A stretch of 64,000 nucleotides of DNA. Origin: an uncultured Lachnospiraceae bacterium (GTDB lineage Bacteria > Bacillota > Clostridia > Lachnospirales > CAG-274). Positions 1 to 9,545 of the stretch are shown here, piece by piece; the stretch's first letter is position 1; each line of letters starts with the position of its first letter. The stretch lies in contig CAZHGC010000005.1 of the NCBI GenBank assembly GCA_964531385.1, positions 4,953 through 68,952 of the forward strand, given 5' to 3'. Below the pieces are notes generated by a model, which was given only the letters and a program-made list of their open reading frames with translations, was not told the origin of the DNA and did no database searches. Position numbers and translations under genes: made by a program.

Positions 1-113
1 ATTATTATGGAAAAAATACAAACAATTTTCTGTTTAAGTTTTTAATTATTGAAGACAATAATAATTGATAGCAAAGCTATTATTTTTTAATTTATTTTTA
101 AAGGGGGATAATT

Positions 114-341
114 ATGAGTGCAAAGCCGTTTGACTGGATTGCGTTAACTCTTGTTATAATTGGTGCAATTAACTGGGGGCTTATTGGATTTTTTCAATTT
201 GACCTTGTTGCAACGTTATTTGGGGGTGCTGATTTTTGGCTGACACGTGTTATATATGCAATTGTTGGAATTGCGGGGCTTTATACTTTGAGTTTATACG
301 GGAGAATTGAAAATAATATGACACACAGTACAACTCATTAG
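114..341 (+). CDS. DUF378-family small membrane protein
   Basis: 75-aa ORF with a GGGGGA RBS upstream of the ATG. Two hydrophobic helices and the GAINWGLIG motif typical of DUF378 (YuzA-like) proteins. Followed by a hairpin plus T-run. Confidence 0.8.
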   Translation: MSAKPFDWIALTLVIIGAINWGLIGFFQFDLVATLFGGADFWLTRVIYAIVGIAGLYTLSLYGRIENNMTHSTTH

Positions 342-381
342 CATAAATTTTAAAGAGCGAAAACATCATATTTTTATTATG

Positions 382-440
382 AAAATACCTTTAATCGGAT
401 TATGATTATAAAATCTGTTTTAAAGGTATTTTTATTTTTT
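382..440 (+). terminator. Rho-independent terminator after the DUF378 gene
   Basis: Stem AAAATACCTTTAA / TTAAAGGTATTTT followed by a T-rich tract. Confidence 0.6.
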
Positions 441-503
441 TCAAAAAAGGGAGAATGAAGTTTTTAAAATGTTGAATTGGCAGGCACATTTTTTTTATTT
501 GAG

Positions 504-522
504 TATATATTAAAAATATATA
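504..522. promoter_or_regulatory. Perfect 19-bp AT palindrome just upstream of the feoA RBS, candidate Fur-type operator
   Basis: TATATATT-AAA-AATATATA is perfectly symmetric, has the 19-bp length of a Fur box, and sits about 5 nt before the GAGAGGTG RBS of feoA. It is AT-only in an AT-rich genome, so chance occurrence is plausible. Confidence 0.25.
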
Positions 523-539
523 TATGAGAGGTGCGTAAA

Positions 540-782
540 ATGTTATTTACGATAAGTCTTGATAATATCCCTTTGAATGTTCCGGTTAGAATTGTTTCAA
601 TTAATTCCGATTTTGAAAACTGCGGAATGCTTGCAGAACTTGGTTTTACAGAGGGGTGTGAAATTACCCCTGTTCATATAAGCCCATTTGGCGACCCTAT
701 TGCATATTTTTTGAGAGGGACAATTATTGCACTTAGAAAAGAGGACGCAAAAAATATTAATGTTAAGCTTGGGGAGGGTTAG
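540..782 (+). CDS. feoA: Ferrous iron transport protein A (FeoA)
   Basis: Small SH3-like FeoA sequence (VRIVSI...LAELGFTEGCEITPV) directly upstream of feoB. The ATG at 540 follows a GAGAGGTG RBS; the GTG at 531 in the ORF track lies inside the RBS. Confidence 0.85.
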   Translation: MLFTISLDNIPLNVPVRIVSINSDFENCGMLAELGFTEGCEITPVHISPFGDPIAYFLRGTIIALRKEDAKNINVKLGEG

Positions 783-785
783 AAT

Positions 786-2642
786 ATGGCGGAAAATAAT
801 TTTACGGTTGCACTTGTTGGAAATCCAAACACCGGAAAAAGTACTGTTTTTAATGCTTTGACGGGAATGAAACAACACACCGGAAATTGGACAGGAAAAA
901 CGGTTGGAAACGCTTTTGGAGAATTTTTATATAAAGAATGCAAATTTAACATAGTTGATTTGCCGGGGATTTATTCGGTTACACCAACTTCGCCTGATGA
1001 AAAAGAAGCGATTGATTTTTTGAAAAACAACAAAACAGATTTGGTTGTTATTGTTGCTGATGCAACATGTCTTGAAAGAAATTTGATTTTAATTTTGCAA
1101 GTTATGGGCATTTGTGAAAAAGTTGTGTTATGTGTTAATCTTTTGGACGAGGCGAAAAGAAAACATATAAACATAAATTTTGATAAGCTTTCAGAAGAAC
1201 TAAATGCTGATGTTGTTGGGACAAGTGCAAGAAGCGGAAAGGGACTTGATGAACTTAAAGATGCCATATATCATAATTTGGTTGGCGAAAAGTTTTTTGA
1301 AAAAGCGAAAACGAAAAAAAGAGATGAGCACGAAAATATTAAAAATGTCGTTTTTGATGCAGAAAAGATTTATAAAATTTCTGTTAAAACAGATTGTTGT
1401 CACGCTTGCTGTATTGACAGAAAAATCGACAATATTGTATTGAGCAAGAAATTTGGTATACCGCTTATGATTTTTATGCTTATGATTATTTTATGGATTA
1501 CGATAATTGGTGCAAATTATCCGTCTGAGATTCTTAGTAAAATTTTCACATATACCGAAAATAAAATTTTATCTTTTTTTTATTATTTGGAGATGCCAAA
1601 TTTTTTATGTGGTGTTCTTGTTGAGGGTGTGTTTAGAACTTTGGCTTGGATTGTTTCGGTTATGCTTCCACCGATGGCTATATTTTTTCCTCTTTTTACT
1701 TTTTTGGAAGATTTGGGGGTTTTGCCGAGAATTGCTTTTAATCTTGACAAATGTTTTAAAAATGCAAAGGCTCATGGAAAACAAATTTTGACAATGTGTA
1801 TGGGGCTTGGGTGCAATGCGGTTGGAGTTACCGCTTGTCGAATTATCGATTCGCCGAGAGAGCGACTTATTGCAATTATTACAAATAATTTTGTTCCTTG
1901 CAACGGTCGATTTCCCGGGATAATTGCCGTTTCTTCAATTTTTATTGCTGGAGCGGGAGCTTTTGCATCAATTAAAGTTGCTTTGGTTGTTCTTTGCTCA
2001 ATAATTTTTTCTGTGTTTGTAACTTTAAATGTTTCAAAGATTTTATCGTTAACTGTTTTGAAAGGACTTCCGTCATCTTTTATTTTGGAATTGCCACCAT
2101 ATAGAATGCCTCAAATTAAAAAAATAATTGTTAGAAGCATTTTTGACAGAACTTTGTTTGTTCTTGGTCGTGCGGTTGTTGTTGCTGCACCGGTTGGTGC
2201 AATTATATGGATTATGCAAAACACTTTTATTGACGGGAACACGTTGTTATTTTATATTGCTGATTTTTTGGAGCCTTTTGCGAATATTATGGGGCTTGAC
2301 GGATTTATATTGACAGCGTTTATACTTGGTATGCCGGCAAATGAAATTGTTATACCTCTTATAATAATGTTTTATATGAAGAATGGAGCGATTGTTCCGT
2401 TTGACGATTTAAATGAGATTGGCAATTTAATGGTTGCAAACGGCTGGACTTTAAAAACGGCAATTTGCACGATTTTATTTTCTTTGAACCATTTTCCTTG
2501 CAGTACAACTTTGCTGACTATAAGAAAAGAGACAGGAGGGTTTAAATGGCCCGCAATTACATTCTTTATTCATTTTGGGGTTGGGGTTGTTATTTGTTGT
2601 TTTGCAAATTTGATAATTTCTGCGTTATCGAATGTTTTTTGA
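786..2642 (+). CDS. feoB: Ferrous iron transporter FeoB (N-terminal GTPase plus polytopic permease)
   Basis: 618 aa. G1 motif GNPNTGKST and DLPG (G3), followed by many TM helices. GGGGAGGG RBS. Confidence 0.95.
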   Translation: MAENNFTVALVGNPNTGKSTVFNALTGMKQHTGNWTGKTVGNAFGEFLYKECKFNIVDLPGIYSVTPTSPDEKEAIDFLKNNKTDLVVIVADATCLERNLILILQVMGICEKVVLCVNLLDEAKRKHININFDKLSEELNADVVGTSARSGKGLDELKDAIYHNLVGEKFFEKAKTKKRDEHENIKNVVFDAEKIYKISVKTDCCHACCIDRKIDNIVLSKKFGIPLMIFMLMIILWITIIGANYPSEILSKIFTYTENKILSFFYYLEMPNFLCGVLVEGVFRTLAWIVSVMLPPMAIFFPLFTFLEDLGVLPRIAFNLDKCFKNAKAHGKQILTMCMGLGCNAVGVTACRIIDSPRERLIAIITNNFVPCNGRFPGIIAVSSIFIAGAGAFASIKVALVVLCSIIFSVFVTLNVSKILSLTVLKGLPSSFILELPPYRMPQIKKIIVRSIFDRTLFVLGRAVVVAAPVGAIIWIMQNTFIDGNTLLFYIADFLEPFANIMGLDGFILTAFILGMPANEIVIPLIIMFYMKNGAIVPFDDLNEIGNLMVANGWTLKTAICTILFSLNHFPCSTTLLTIRKETGGFKWPAITFFIHFGVGVVICCFANLIISALSNVF

Positions 2643-2649
2643 TATGACA

Positions 2650-2687
2650 AAAGCGAGATTGCCACAAACGCAACATCTCGCTTTTTA
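2650..2687 (+). terminator. Rho-independent terminator of feoAB
   Basis: AGCGAGAT...ATCTCGCT stem followed by TTTTT. Confidence 0.75.
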
Positions 2688-2705
2688 AATGAATTGATTA
2701 TTAAT

Positions 2706-3042
2706 TTGTGAGCAAGTCTGTAAGCCGAGTTCTGTCGTGAATAGTCATCTATCTTGTTTTACAGTTGCCTGTAAATTCATGCGACCTTTACCTGAAACAG
2801 GGCGGGCAACCCTTTTTATTTCAATTCGGTCTTGCTCCGAGTGGGGTTTACATAGCCGTCTTTGTTGCCAAAGCCGCGGTAAGCTCTTACCTTACCTTTC
2901 CACCCTTACTTGCCAAAGCAAGCGGTTTATTTCTGTTGCACTTTCCTTGAAGTTGCCTTCACCGGACGTTATCCGGCACTCTTGCCCTATGGAGCTCGGA
3001 CTTTCCTCATGCCAAAGGCACGCGACTATTCAACTTACTCAA
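2706..3042 (-). ncRNA. rnpB: RNase P RNA (ribozyme component)
   Basis: GC-rich island in AT-rich DNA. The minus strand reads ...GCATGAGGAAAGTCCGAGCTCC... (universal P4 5' strand) and ...ACAGAACTCGGCTTACAG... (P4 3' strand). Terminal P1 pairing is GAGTAAGT / ACTTGCTC. Ends are approximate to about 10 nt. Confidence 0.85.
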
Positions 3043-3441
3043 ACAGCATTTTATCACATAAAAACAGCTAAGTCAACATTAAAATTTTAGTTTTGAAATT
3101 TTTGAAATAATGCTTGATTTTGTTTTTTAATTTAGCTTTTTATGCGATTAATTTAAAAATTTTAATTAAATAGGTAAGCATTTTTTCTTGACAAAATATG
3201 ATGTTATAATGTAATCTTTATAAATGGAATTAAAATAATTTGGCACATATATTTTACAGTTTTGGTTTGAACTTTTTAAAACTGTTTTATTAAATTATGC
3301 CGGATTGGTTTAAAATTATATACATATTTAAATAAAGGCCGTATAATAATTTTAAAAATGAATTTTTTGATTATTTTTGTGCGGTGTTTATTAATTATAT
3401 TTTTTATAAAAGGGCTGTTTTTGCCCTTGGAGGTGTTAATT

Positions 3442-5418
3442 TTGCAGGATAAAGAAAAAGTATCCTACGATAATGAAAGCATTATATCGCTTAAAGGTGC
3501 GGACAGGGTTAGACTTAGACCGGCTGTTATTTTTGGTTCTGACGGCCTTGAGGGGTGTGAACATTCTGTTTTTGAAATACTTTCTAATTCTATCGATGAG
3601 GCAAGGGAAGGTTTTGGCAAGAAAATTGAAATAATCAGACACAAGGATTTTTCGATTACGGTTAAGGATTATGGAAGAGGGATACCTGTTGATTATAATC
3701 AAAAAGAGGGGCGATATAATTGGGAGCTTCTTTTTTGCGAGTTATATGCAGGCGGAAAATATCTTAACAATTCCGGCGAAAACTATGAGTTCAGTTTGGG
3801 GCTTAATGGGCTTGGTCTTTGTTCAACACAATATAGTTCGGAGTTTATGAAAGTTGTTGTTGTGCGTGACGGATTTGAATATTTTGTTGATTTTGAAAAA
3901 GGTGAGAATGTTGGCGGACTTAGAAAAGAGAAAACCGACAGTTTGGAAACGGGAACGCACATATATTGGAAACCCGACAGAGATGTTTTTACGGATATTA
4001 ATATCCCTTTGTCTTATTATCAAGATATTTTAAAAAGGCAATCTATTGTCAACAAAGGGTTGAGTTTTGAACTTTTTGACGAGGAAAGCGAAGAAACGTT
4101 TGTATATTGTTATGAAAACGGAATTAAAGATTATATTAAAGAAATTGCGGGAGAAACAAGCATTACAGACGTTCAATATTATGAAAACGAAACAAGAGGA
4201 AAAGACAGAGAAGATAAACCGGAATATAAACTTAAATTTGAGGTTGCCTTTTGTTTTGATAACGAACGAAATGTTGTTGAATATTATCATAATTCAAGTT
4301 ATCTTGAATATGGCGGTTCACCGGATAAGGCTGTTAAATCGGCGTTTGTTTATGCTATTGACAATTATATTAAAAACAATGAGCTTTACAAAAAAGACGA
4401 GAAAAAAATTATTTATTCGGATATTGAGGACAGCCTTGTCTTGATTATAAATTCTTTCTCAACGGTTACAAGTTATGAAAATCAAACTAAAAAATCAATT
4501 ACAAATAAATTTATTCAAGAAGCTATTACTGATTATTTAAAAAAGCAACTTGAAGTTTATTTTATTGAAAATAAAGCAGAAGCCGATAAAATTGCAAATC
4601 AAGTTCTTGTTAACAAACGAAGCCGAGAAACAGCGGAAAAAACAAGGATTAACATTAAGAAAAAACTTACGGGCAATTTGGATATGAATAATCGTGTTGA
4701 AAAATTTGTTAATTGCAGAACAAAAGATGTTTCAAGACGTGAACTGTATATTGTTGAGGGTGATTCGGCTCTTGGTTCTTGTGTTCTTGGAAGAGATGCC
4801 GAATTTCAAGGAATTATGCCAATTAGAGGAAAAATTTTAAATTGTCTTAAAGCAAATTATGATAAAATTTTTAAAAGCGACATTATAATCGATTTATTAA
4901 GGGTTATTGGCTGTGGTGTTGAAATTAAATCTAAGCATAATAAAGATTTAAATTCTTTTGATATTGAGCAACTTAGATGGAATAAAATTATTATATGCAC
5001 CGATGCAGATGTTGACGGTTTTCAGATTAGGGCATTATTGTTGACTATGTTATACAGGCTTGCACCAACTCTTATAAAAGAAAGAAAAGTTTATATTGCG
5101 GAGTCGCCGTTATATGAAATAAACAGTGACAAAAAAACTTATTTTGCTTATTCTGAAAAAGAAAAAGCTGATATTTTGAAAAAAATTAAGGGCAAATATT
5201 CGATACAGCGTTCAAAAGGTCTTGGAGAGAATGAACCTGAAATGATGTGGCAGACGACAATGAACCCCGAAACGAGAAAACTTATTCTTGTTTTGCCGGA
5301 AGATGTTGAAAAAACTCAAATAATGTTTGATATATTGCTTGGAAATAATTTGCAGGGGCGAAAAGACTTCATCGAAAAATTTGGCTATAAATATATCGAT
5401 TTGAGTGAAATGAGTTAG
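3442..5418 (+). CDS. parE: Type IIA DNA topoisomerase subunit B (ParE-like, GyrB family)
   Basis: GHKL ATPase N-terminus, Toprim EGDSA, PIRGKILN and DADVDG motifs. TTG start at 3442 lies 6 nt after a GGAGGTG RBS; the upstream part of the track ORF is hydrophobic junk. The ParE versus GyrB assignment rests on size and the partner subunit. Confidence 0.85.
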   Translation: MQDKEKVSYDNESIISLKGADRVRLRPAVIFGSDGLEGCEHSVFEILSNSIDEAREGFGKKIEIIRHKDFSITVKDYGRGIPVDYNQKEGRYNWELLFCELYAGGKYLNNSGENYEFSLGLNGLGLCSTQYSSEFMKVVVVRDGFEYFVDFEKGENVGGLRKEKTDSLETGTHIYWKPDRDVFTDINIPLSYYQDILKRQSIVNKGLSFELFDEESEETFVYCYENGIKDYIKEIAGETSITDVQYYENETRGKDREDKPEYKLKFEVAFCFDNERNVVEYYHNSSYLEYGGSPDKAVKSAFVYAIDNYIKNNELYKKDEKKIIYSDIEDSLVLIINSFSTVTSYENQTKKSITNKFIQEAITDYLKKQLEVYFIENKAEADKIANQVLVNKRSRETAEKTRINIKKKLTGNLDMNNRVEKFVNCRTKDVSRRELYIVEGDSALGSCVLGRDAEFQGIMPIRGKILNCLKANYDKIFKSDIIIDLLRVIGCGVEIKSKHNKDLNSFDIEQLRWNKIIICTDADVDGFQIRALLLTMLYRLAPTLIKERKVYIAESPLYEINSDKKTYFAYSEKEKADILKKIKGKYSIQRSKGLGENEPEMMWQTTMNPETRKLILVLPEDVEKTQIMFDILLGNNLQGRKDFIEKFGYKYIDLSEMS

Positions 5419-5428
5419 GAGAAGTTTT

Positions 5429-7615
5429 ATGGGAAAAGATATAAATATCATTGAACAAAATATAACGGATACTCTTGAACTTAACTATATGCCGTACACT
5501 ATGAGCGTTATTGTTTCGAGAGCAATTCCTGAAATTGACGGATTTAAGCCTGCCCACAGAAAGTTGTTATACACTATGTATAAAATGGGTCTTATTAATT
5601 CTGCAAGAACAAAATCAACAAATGTTGTTGGACAAACTATGAAGCTTAATCCTCACGGAGACAGTGCAATTTATGAAACTCTCGTTCGTTTGACAAAAGG
5701 CAATGCTGCAATTTTGCACCCTTTTATTGATTCTAAAGGTAATTTTGGAAAACAATATTCAAGAGATATGGCTTATGCTGCATCAAGATATACAGAAGTT
5801 AAGCTTGACGGCATTTGTAATGAGATTTTTAAAAATATCGATAAAGATACGGTTGATTTTATTGATAATTATGACGGCTCTTTGAAAGAACCTGTTTTGT
5901 TTCCGACAACTTTTCCAAACATACTTGTTACGTCCAATCTTGGTATAGCTGTTGGTATGGCAAGTTCGTTATGCGGGTTTAATCTTAAAGAGGTTTGTTC
6001 GGCAACAGTTGCTTATATGAAAAATCCTGATATTGATTTGAAAAAATATCTTAAAGCTCCTGATTTTTCAACGGGCGGAGAACTTATTTATGATGAAAAC
6101 GAAATTGAAAAAATTTATAATACGGGAAAAGGAACTTTTAAAGTTAGATCTAAATATCGATATGATAAGAAAAACAGCCTTATTGAGATTTATGAAATTC
6201 CATATACAACGAATATTGAGGCGATTATTGAAAAAATTATAAGCCTTGTTAAATTGAACAAGGTTAAGGAAATTAACGATATTAGAAACGAAACGGATTT
6301 GAATGGGCTTAAAATTGCAATTGACATTAAACGAAACGCTGACCCAGATATGCTTATGCATAAATTATTCAATATGACAACTCTTTGCGATACGTTTAAT
6401 TGTAATTTTAATGTTCTTATTGATGGAAATCCTAAAGTTATTGGAATTAAACAAATTTTGGACGAATGGTTAAAATTTAGAATTAAATGTATTAAAAGGC
6501 AAGTTGCTTTTGATTTGGAAAAGAAAAACGATAAATATCATCTTTTATCGGGGCTTGCAAAAATTCTTTTGGACATTGACAAAGCAATTGAGATAATTCG
6601 TGATACTGAAGAAGATAAAATGGTTATTCCAAATCTTATGGCGGGTTTTGGAATTGACAAAGTTCAGGCGGAGTTTGTTGCGGAAATAAAACTTAGAAAT
6701 CTTAACAAAGAATATTTGTTAAACAGAGTTAACGAAAGAAAAAATCTTGAAGAAGAGATAAAGAAACTTGAGAAAATTCGGGAAAGCGAGGAACTTATTA
6801 AAGAAATTATTTGTTCGGAGCTTAAAGAAATTTCGAAGAAATATGGAAAGCAGAGACAAACGGATATTATTTACAAAGACGATATAAAAGAATTTTCCGA
6901 TGAAGTTTTTATTCAAGATTATCAAGTTAAAATGTTCCTTACAAAGCACAATTATTTTAAAAAAATTACGGCGGCTTCTTTGCGTTCTGCATCTGGTCAA
7001 AAGCTTAAAGAGGGCGACGAAATTGTTATGGAGATTGAGGCTTCCAACAAAATGGACGTGCTTTTATTTTCGGACAAATACAATGTTTATAAAGTTAAAG
7101 CCTATGATTTGGCAGAATGTAAGGCGAGCAGTCTTGGTGAATATTTGGCGAATATCATTGATATTGAAGACGATGAAAATATTATTTGCATTGCGGCAAC
7201 GGCTGATTATTCAGGATTTATGATTTTTGCATTTGAAAACGGAAAAGTTGCAAAAGTTGATATGAAGAGTTATTCAACGAAAGTTAATCGAAAGAAGCTT
7301 ATTAATGCTTATTCGGACAAATCAACTCTTGTTGGAGTTTATTATATTAAAGAGGACTGCGAGTTTGTGGCGGTTAGGGACAACGACAAAGCTATGATTT
7401 TCACTTCTGAACTTATTCCGGTTAAATCGACAAAAAATACTCAGGGTATTCAAGTTTACACATTAAAGAAAAATAGCGTTATGAGCAAATTTATTTTTGC
7501 AAAAGATTTTATATCGGACGATTTGAAATATTATAAAGTTGATAAAATTCCTGCAACGGGACATTTTATTGTTGAAGCTGATTTAAATCGAAATTTTAAA
7601 ACTACTGATGAATAA
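5429..7615 (+). CDS. parC: Type IIA DNA topoisomerase subunit A (ParC-like)
   Basis: 728 aa. KPAHRKLLYTM and active-site AASRYTE motifs. Short C-terminal domain in which I see no GyrA-box (QRRGGKG-like) sequence. AGGAGAAG RBS. Confidence 0.85.
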   Translation: MGKDINIIEQNITDTLELNYMPYTMSVIVSRAIPEIDGFKPAHRKLLYTMYKMGLINSARTKSTNVVGQTMKLNPHGDSAIYETLVRLTKGNAAILHPFIDSKGNFGKQYSRDMAYAASRYTEVKLDGICNEIFKNIDKDTVDFIDNYDGSLKEPVLFPTTFPNILVTSNLGIAVGMASSLCGFNLKEVCSATVAYMKNPDIDLKKYLKAPDFSTGGELIYDENEIEKIYNTGKGTFKVRSKYRYDKKNSLIEIYEIPYTTNIEAIIEKIISLVKLNKVKEINDIRNETDLNGLKIAIDIKRNADPDMLMHKLFNMTTLCDTFNCNFNVLIDGNPKVIGIKQILDEWLKFRIKCIKRQVAFDLEKKNDKYHLLSGLAKILLDIDKAIEIIRDTEEDKMVIPNLMAGFGIDKVQAEFVAEIKLRNLNKEYLLNRVNERKNLEEEIKKLEKIRESEELIKEIICSELKEISKKYGKQRQTDIIYKDDIKEFSDEVFIQDYQVKMFLTKHNYFKKITAASLRSASGQKLKEGDEIVMEIEASNKMDVLLFSDKYNVYKVKAYDLAECKASSLGEYLANIIDIEDDENIICIAATADYSGFMIFAFENGKVAKVDMKSYSTKVNRKKLINAYSDKSTLVGVYYIKEDCEFVAVRDNDKAMIFTSELIPVKSTKNTQGIQVYTLKKNSVMSKFIFAKDFISDDLKYYKVDKIPATGHFIVEADLNRNFKTTDE

Positions 7616-7650
7616 GTTTTAAAATAGTAGTGGAAATGTAATCTTTAATG

Positions 7651-7704
7651 TGATATAATAGCCACATAAACGGAGTTTATGTGGGGCGGCAAAGCCGCCA
7701 ATCA
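7651..7704 (+). repeat. 54-nt direct repeat copy 1: extended -10 (TGATATAAT) plus two hairpins
   Basis: TGATATAATAG-CCACATAAAC-GGAG-TTTATGTGG-G-GCGGC-AAA-GCCGC-CAATCA. Repeated 157 nt downstream with 2 mismatches. Confidence 0.9.
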
Positions 7705-7752
7705 GCTTTTCAAGCTGAATATTATAAGTATTCGCTAATCAGAGATTAGCTC

Positions 7753-7813
7753 ATATCATAGCACGAAAAACAAATATCCAAAGGGCTGCTTGTTTTTCTA
7801 TGTGCTATGATAT
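7753..7813 (+). other. Long imperfect hairpin between the two repeat copies
   Basis: ATATCATAGCAC-GAAAAACAA pairs with TTGTTTTTC-(TAT bulge)-GTGCTATGATAT around a 16-nt loop. Its 3' arm overlaps the extended -10 of repeat copy 2. Confidence 0.6.
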
Positions 7814-7861
7814 AATAGCCACATAAACGGAGTTTATGTGGGGCGGCGAAACCGCCAATCA
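7808..7861 (+). repeat. 54-nt direct repeat copy 2: extended -10 (TGATATAAT) plus two hairpins, about 70 nt upstream of the ABC-F start
   Basis: 52/54 identical to copy 1. The differences lie in the second hairpin: its loop becomes GAA, and the first base of its 3' arm changes G to A, shortening the stem. Confidence 0.9.
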
Positions 7862-7928
7862 ACAACAAATAGATATAAAAATGGCATAAAAATGTTTAAT
7901 TATGCTATAAGTAACTTTGGAGGAAATT

Positions 7929-9545
7929 ATGATTAGTGCTAATAATGTTACGTTGAGGCTTGGAAAAAGGGCCTTATTTGAAGACGTTAATATAAAATTT
8001 ACACCCGGAAACTGTTATGGTCTTATTGGTGCAAACGGTGCCGGTAAGTCTACATTTTTGAAAATTTTATCAGGTGAACTTGAGCCGACAAAAGGTGAGA
8101 TTGCATTAACTCCCGGCGAAAGAATTTCTTTCCTTAAACAGGACCATTTTCAATATGATGAATATAATGTTATGGATACTGTTATTATGGGCAATTACAG
8201 ATTGTACCAAATTATGAAGGAAAAAGAAAAAATTTATGCAAAAGAGGATTTTACAGAAGAGGACGGACTTAAAGCGAGCGAACTTGAGGACGAATTTGCA
8301 ACAATGAACGGTTGGGACGCAGAAGTTGATGCGGCAACGCTTTTGAATGGTCTTGGAATTGAAACAGAACTTCATTATAAATTTATGAAAGACCTTACAG
8401 GACCGGAAAAAGTTAAAGTTCTTCTTGCTCAGGCGTTGTTTGGAAACCCTGACGTTTTGCTTCTTGACGAGCCGACAAACCATTTGGATTTGGCAGCGAT
8501 AAATTGGCTTGAAGAATTTTTGATTAATTTCGAAAATATAATTATTGTTGTATCTCACGACAGATATTTTCTTAATAAAGTTTGTACGCAAATTGCTGAT
8601 ATTGATTATTCAAAAATTCAGCTTTATGCGGGAAATTATGATTTTTGGTATGAATCGAGCCAGCTTCTTATTAAACAGATGAAAGAGTCTAACAGAAAGA
8701 AAGAAGAAAAAATTAAAGAACTTCAAGAATTTATTCAAAGATTTAGTGCGAATGCTTCAAAATCAAAGCAGGCAACTTCAAGAAAGCGTGCCCTTGAAAA
8801 AATTGAACTTGAAGAAATAAGACCTTCGAGCAGAAAATATCCTTATATTGATTTTAAACCAAACAGAGAAATTGGAAACGAAGTTTTGACAGTTGAAAAT
8901 TTATCAAAAACTATTGACGGTGTTAAAGTTCTTGATAATATTTCTTTTGTTGTTAATAATGGTGATAAAATTGCTTTTGTTGGCTCTAACGAAGCAGCCA
9001 AAACAACTTTGTTTAAAATATTGGCGGGGGAGATTGAGCCGGACGAAGGTAGTTTTAAATGGGGAGTTACAACGACAAACTCATATTTTCCAAAAGACAA
9101 TACTGCCGAGTTTGACAATGATTATAATATTGTTGATTGGCTTATGCAATATTCAGAAGAAAAAGATATTACTTATGTTAGAGGATTTCTTGGAAGAATG
9201 CTCTTTTCGGGCGATGAGGCTCTTAAAAAAGTCAGAGTTCTTTCCGGAGGGGAAAAAGTTAGATGTCTTATTTCAAAAATGATGATTTCCGGTGCAAATA
9301 TTTTAATTATGGACGAACCGACAAATCATCTTGATATGGAATCTATAACAGCTTTAAATAACGGAATGATTAAATTTAACGGAGTTATATTGTTCTCTTC
9401 TCAAGACCACCAGATTGTTCAGACAACAGCAAACAGAATAATGGAATTTACAGAAGGCGGTCTTATTGACAAACAGACAACTTATGACGAATATCTTATG
9501 AGCGATGAGGGTGCAAGTAAGCGTCAAATTTATTCAATTAATTAA
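7929..9545 (+). CDS. ABC-F family ATPase, YbiT-like (two ABC domains, no TM domain)
   Basis: Two Walker A motifs (GANGAGKST; GSNEAAKTT), two LSGG signatures and an inter-domain linker. The N-terminus aligns by eye with E. coli YbiT. ATG 7929 follows a GGAGG RBS. Confidence 0.9.
   Translation: MISANNVTLRLGKRALFEDVNIKFTPGNCYGLIGANGAGKSTFLKILSGELEPTKGEIALTPGERISFLKQDHFQYDEYNVMDTVIMGNYRLYQIMKEKEKIYAKEDFTEEDGLKASELEDEFATMNGWDAEVDAATLLNGLGIETELHYKFMKDLTGPEKVKVLLAQALFGNPDVLLLDEPTNHLDLAAINWLEEFLINFENIIIVVSHDRYFLNKVCTQIADIDYSKIQLYAGNYDFWYESSQLLIKQMKESNRKKEEKIKELQEFIQRFSANASKSKQATSRKRALEKIELEEIRPSSRKYPYIDFKPNREIGNEVLTVENLSKTIDGVKVLDNISFVVNNGDKIAFVGSNEAAKTTLFKILAGEIEPDEGSFKWGVTTTNSYFPKDNTAEFDNDYNIVDWLMQYSEEKDITYVRGFLGRMLFSGDEALKKVRVLSGGEKVRCLISKMMISGANILIMDEPTNHLDMESITALNNGMIKFNGVILFSSQDHQIVQTTANRIMEFTEGGLIDKQTTYDEYLMSDEGASKRQIYSIN

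Noticed and set aside
2737-3090. 117-aa and 61-aa plus-strand ORFs in a GC-rich patch
   Set aside because: They lie antisense across the RNase P RNA gene, whose conserved P4 strands read on the minus strand. They have no RBS and a Cys/Ser/Leu-rich nonsense composition.
3188-3210. TTGACA ... TGtTATAAT promoter-like sequence upstream of parE
   Set aside because: The spacer between the hexamers is only 11 nt. The extended -10 may function alone, but I cannot support a promoter call.
3358-3441. N-terminal extension of the topoisomerase B ORF (MNFLIIFVRCLL...)
   Set aside because: The extension is hydrophobic and non-homologous. A GGAGGTG RBS precedes the in-frame TTG at 3442, where homology to GyrB/ParE begins.
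7651-7861. Possible CRISPR-like repeat
   Set aside because: There are only two copies, 157 nt apart. The intervening sequence is itself structured, each copy carries promoter-like sequence, and no cas genes are in the window.
8106-8591. 161-aa minus-strand ORF
   Set aside because: Antisense to the ABC-F gene, with low-complexity K/F/N-rich composition typical of AT-rich shadow frames.
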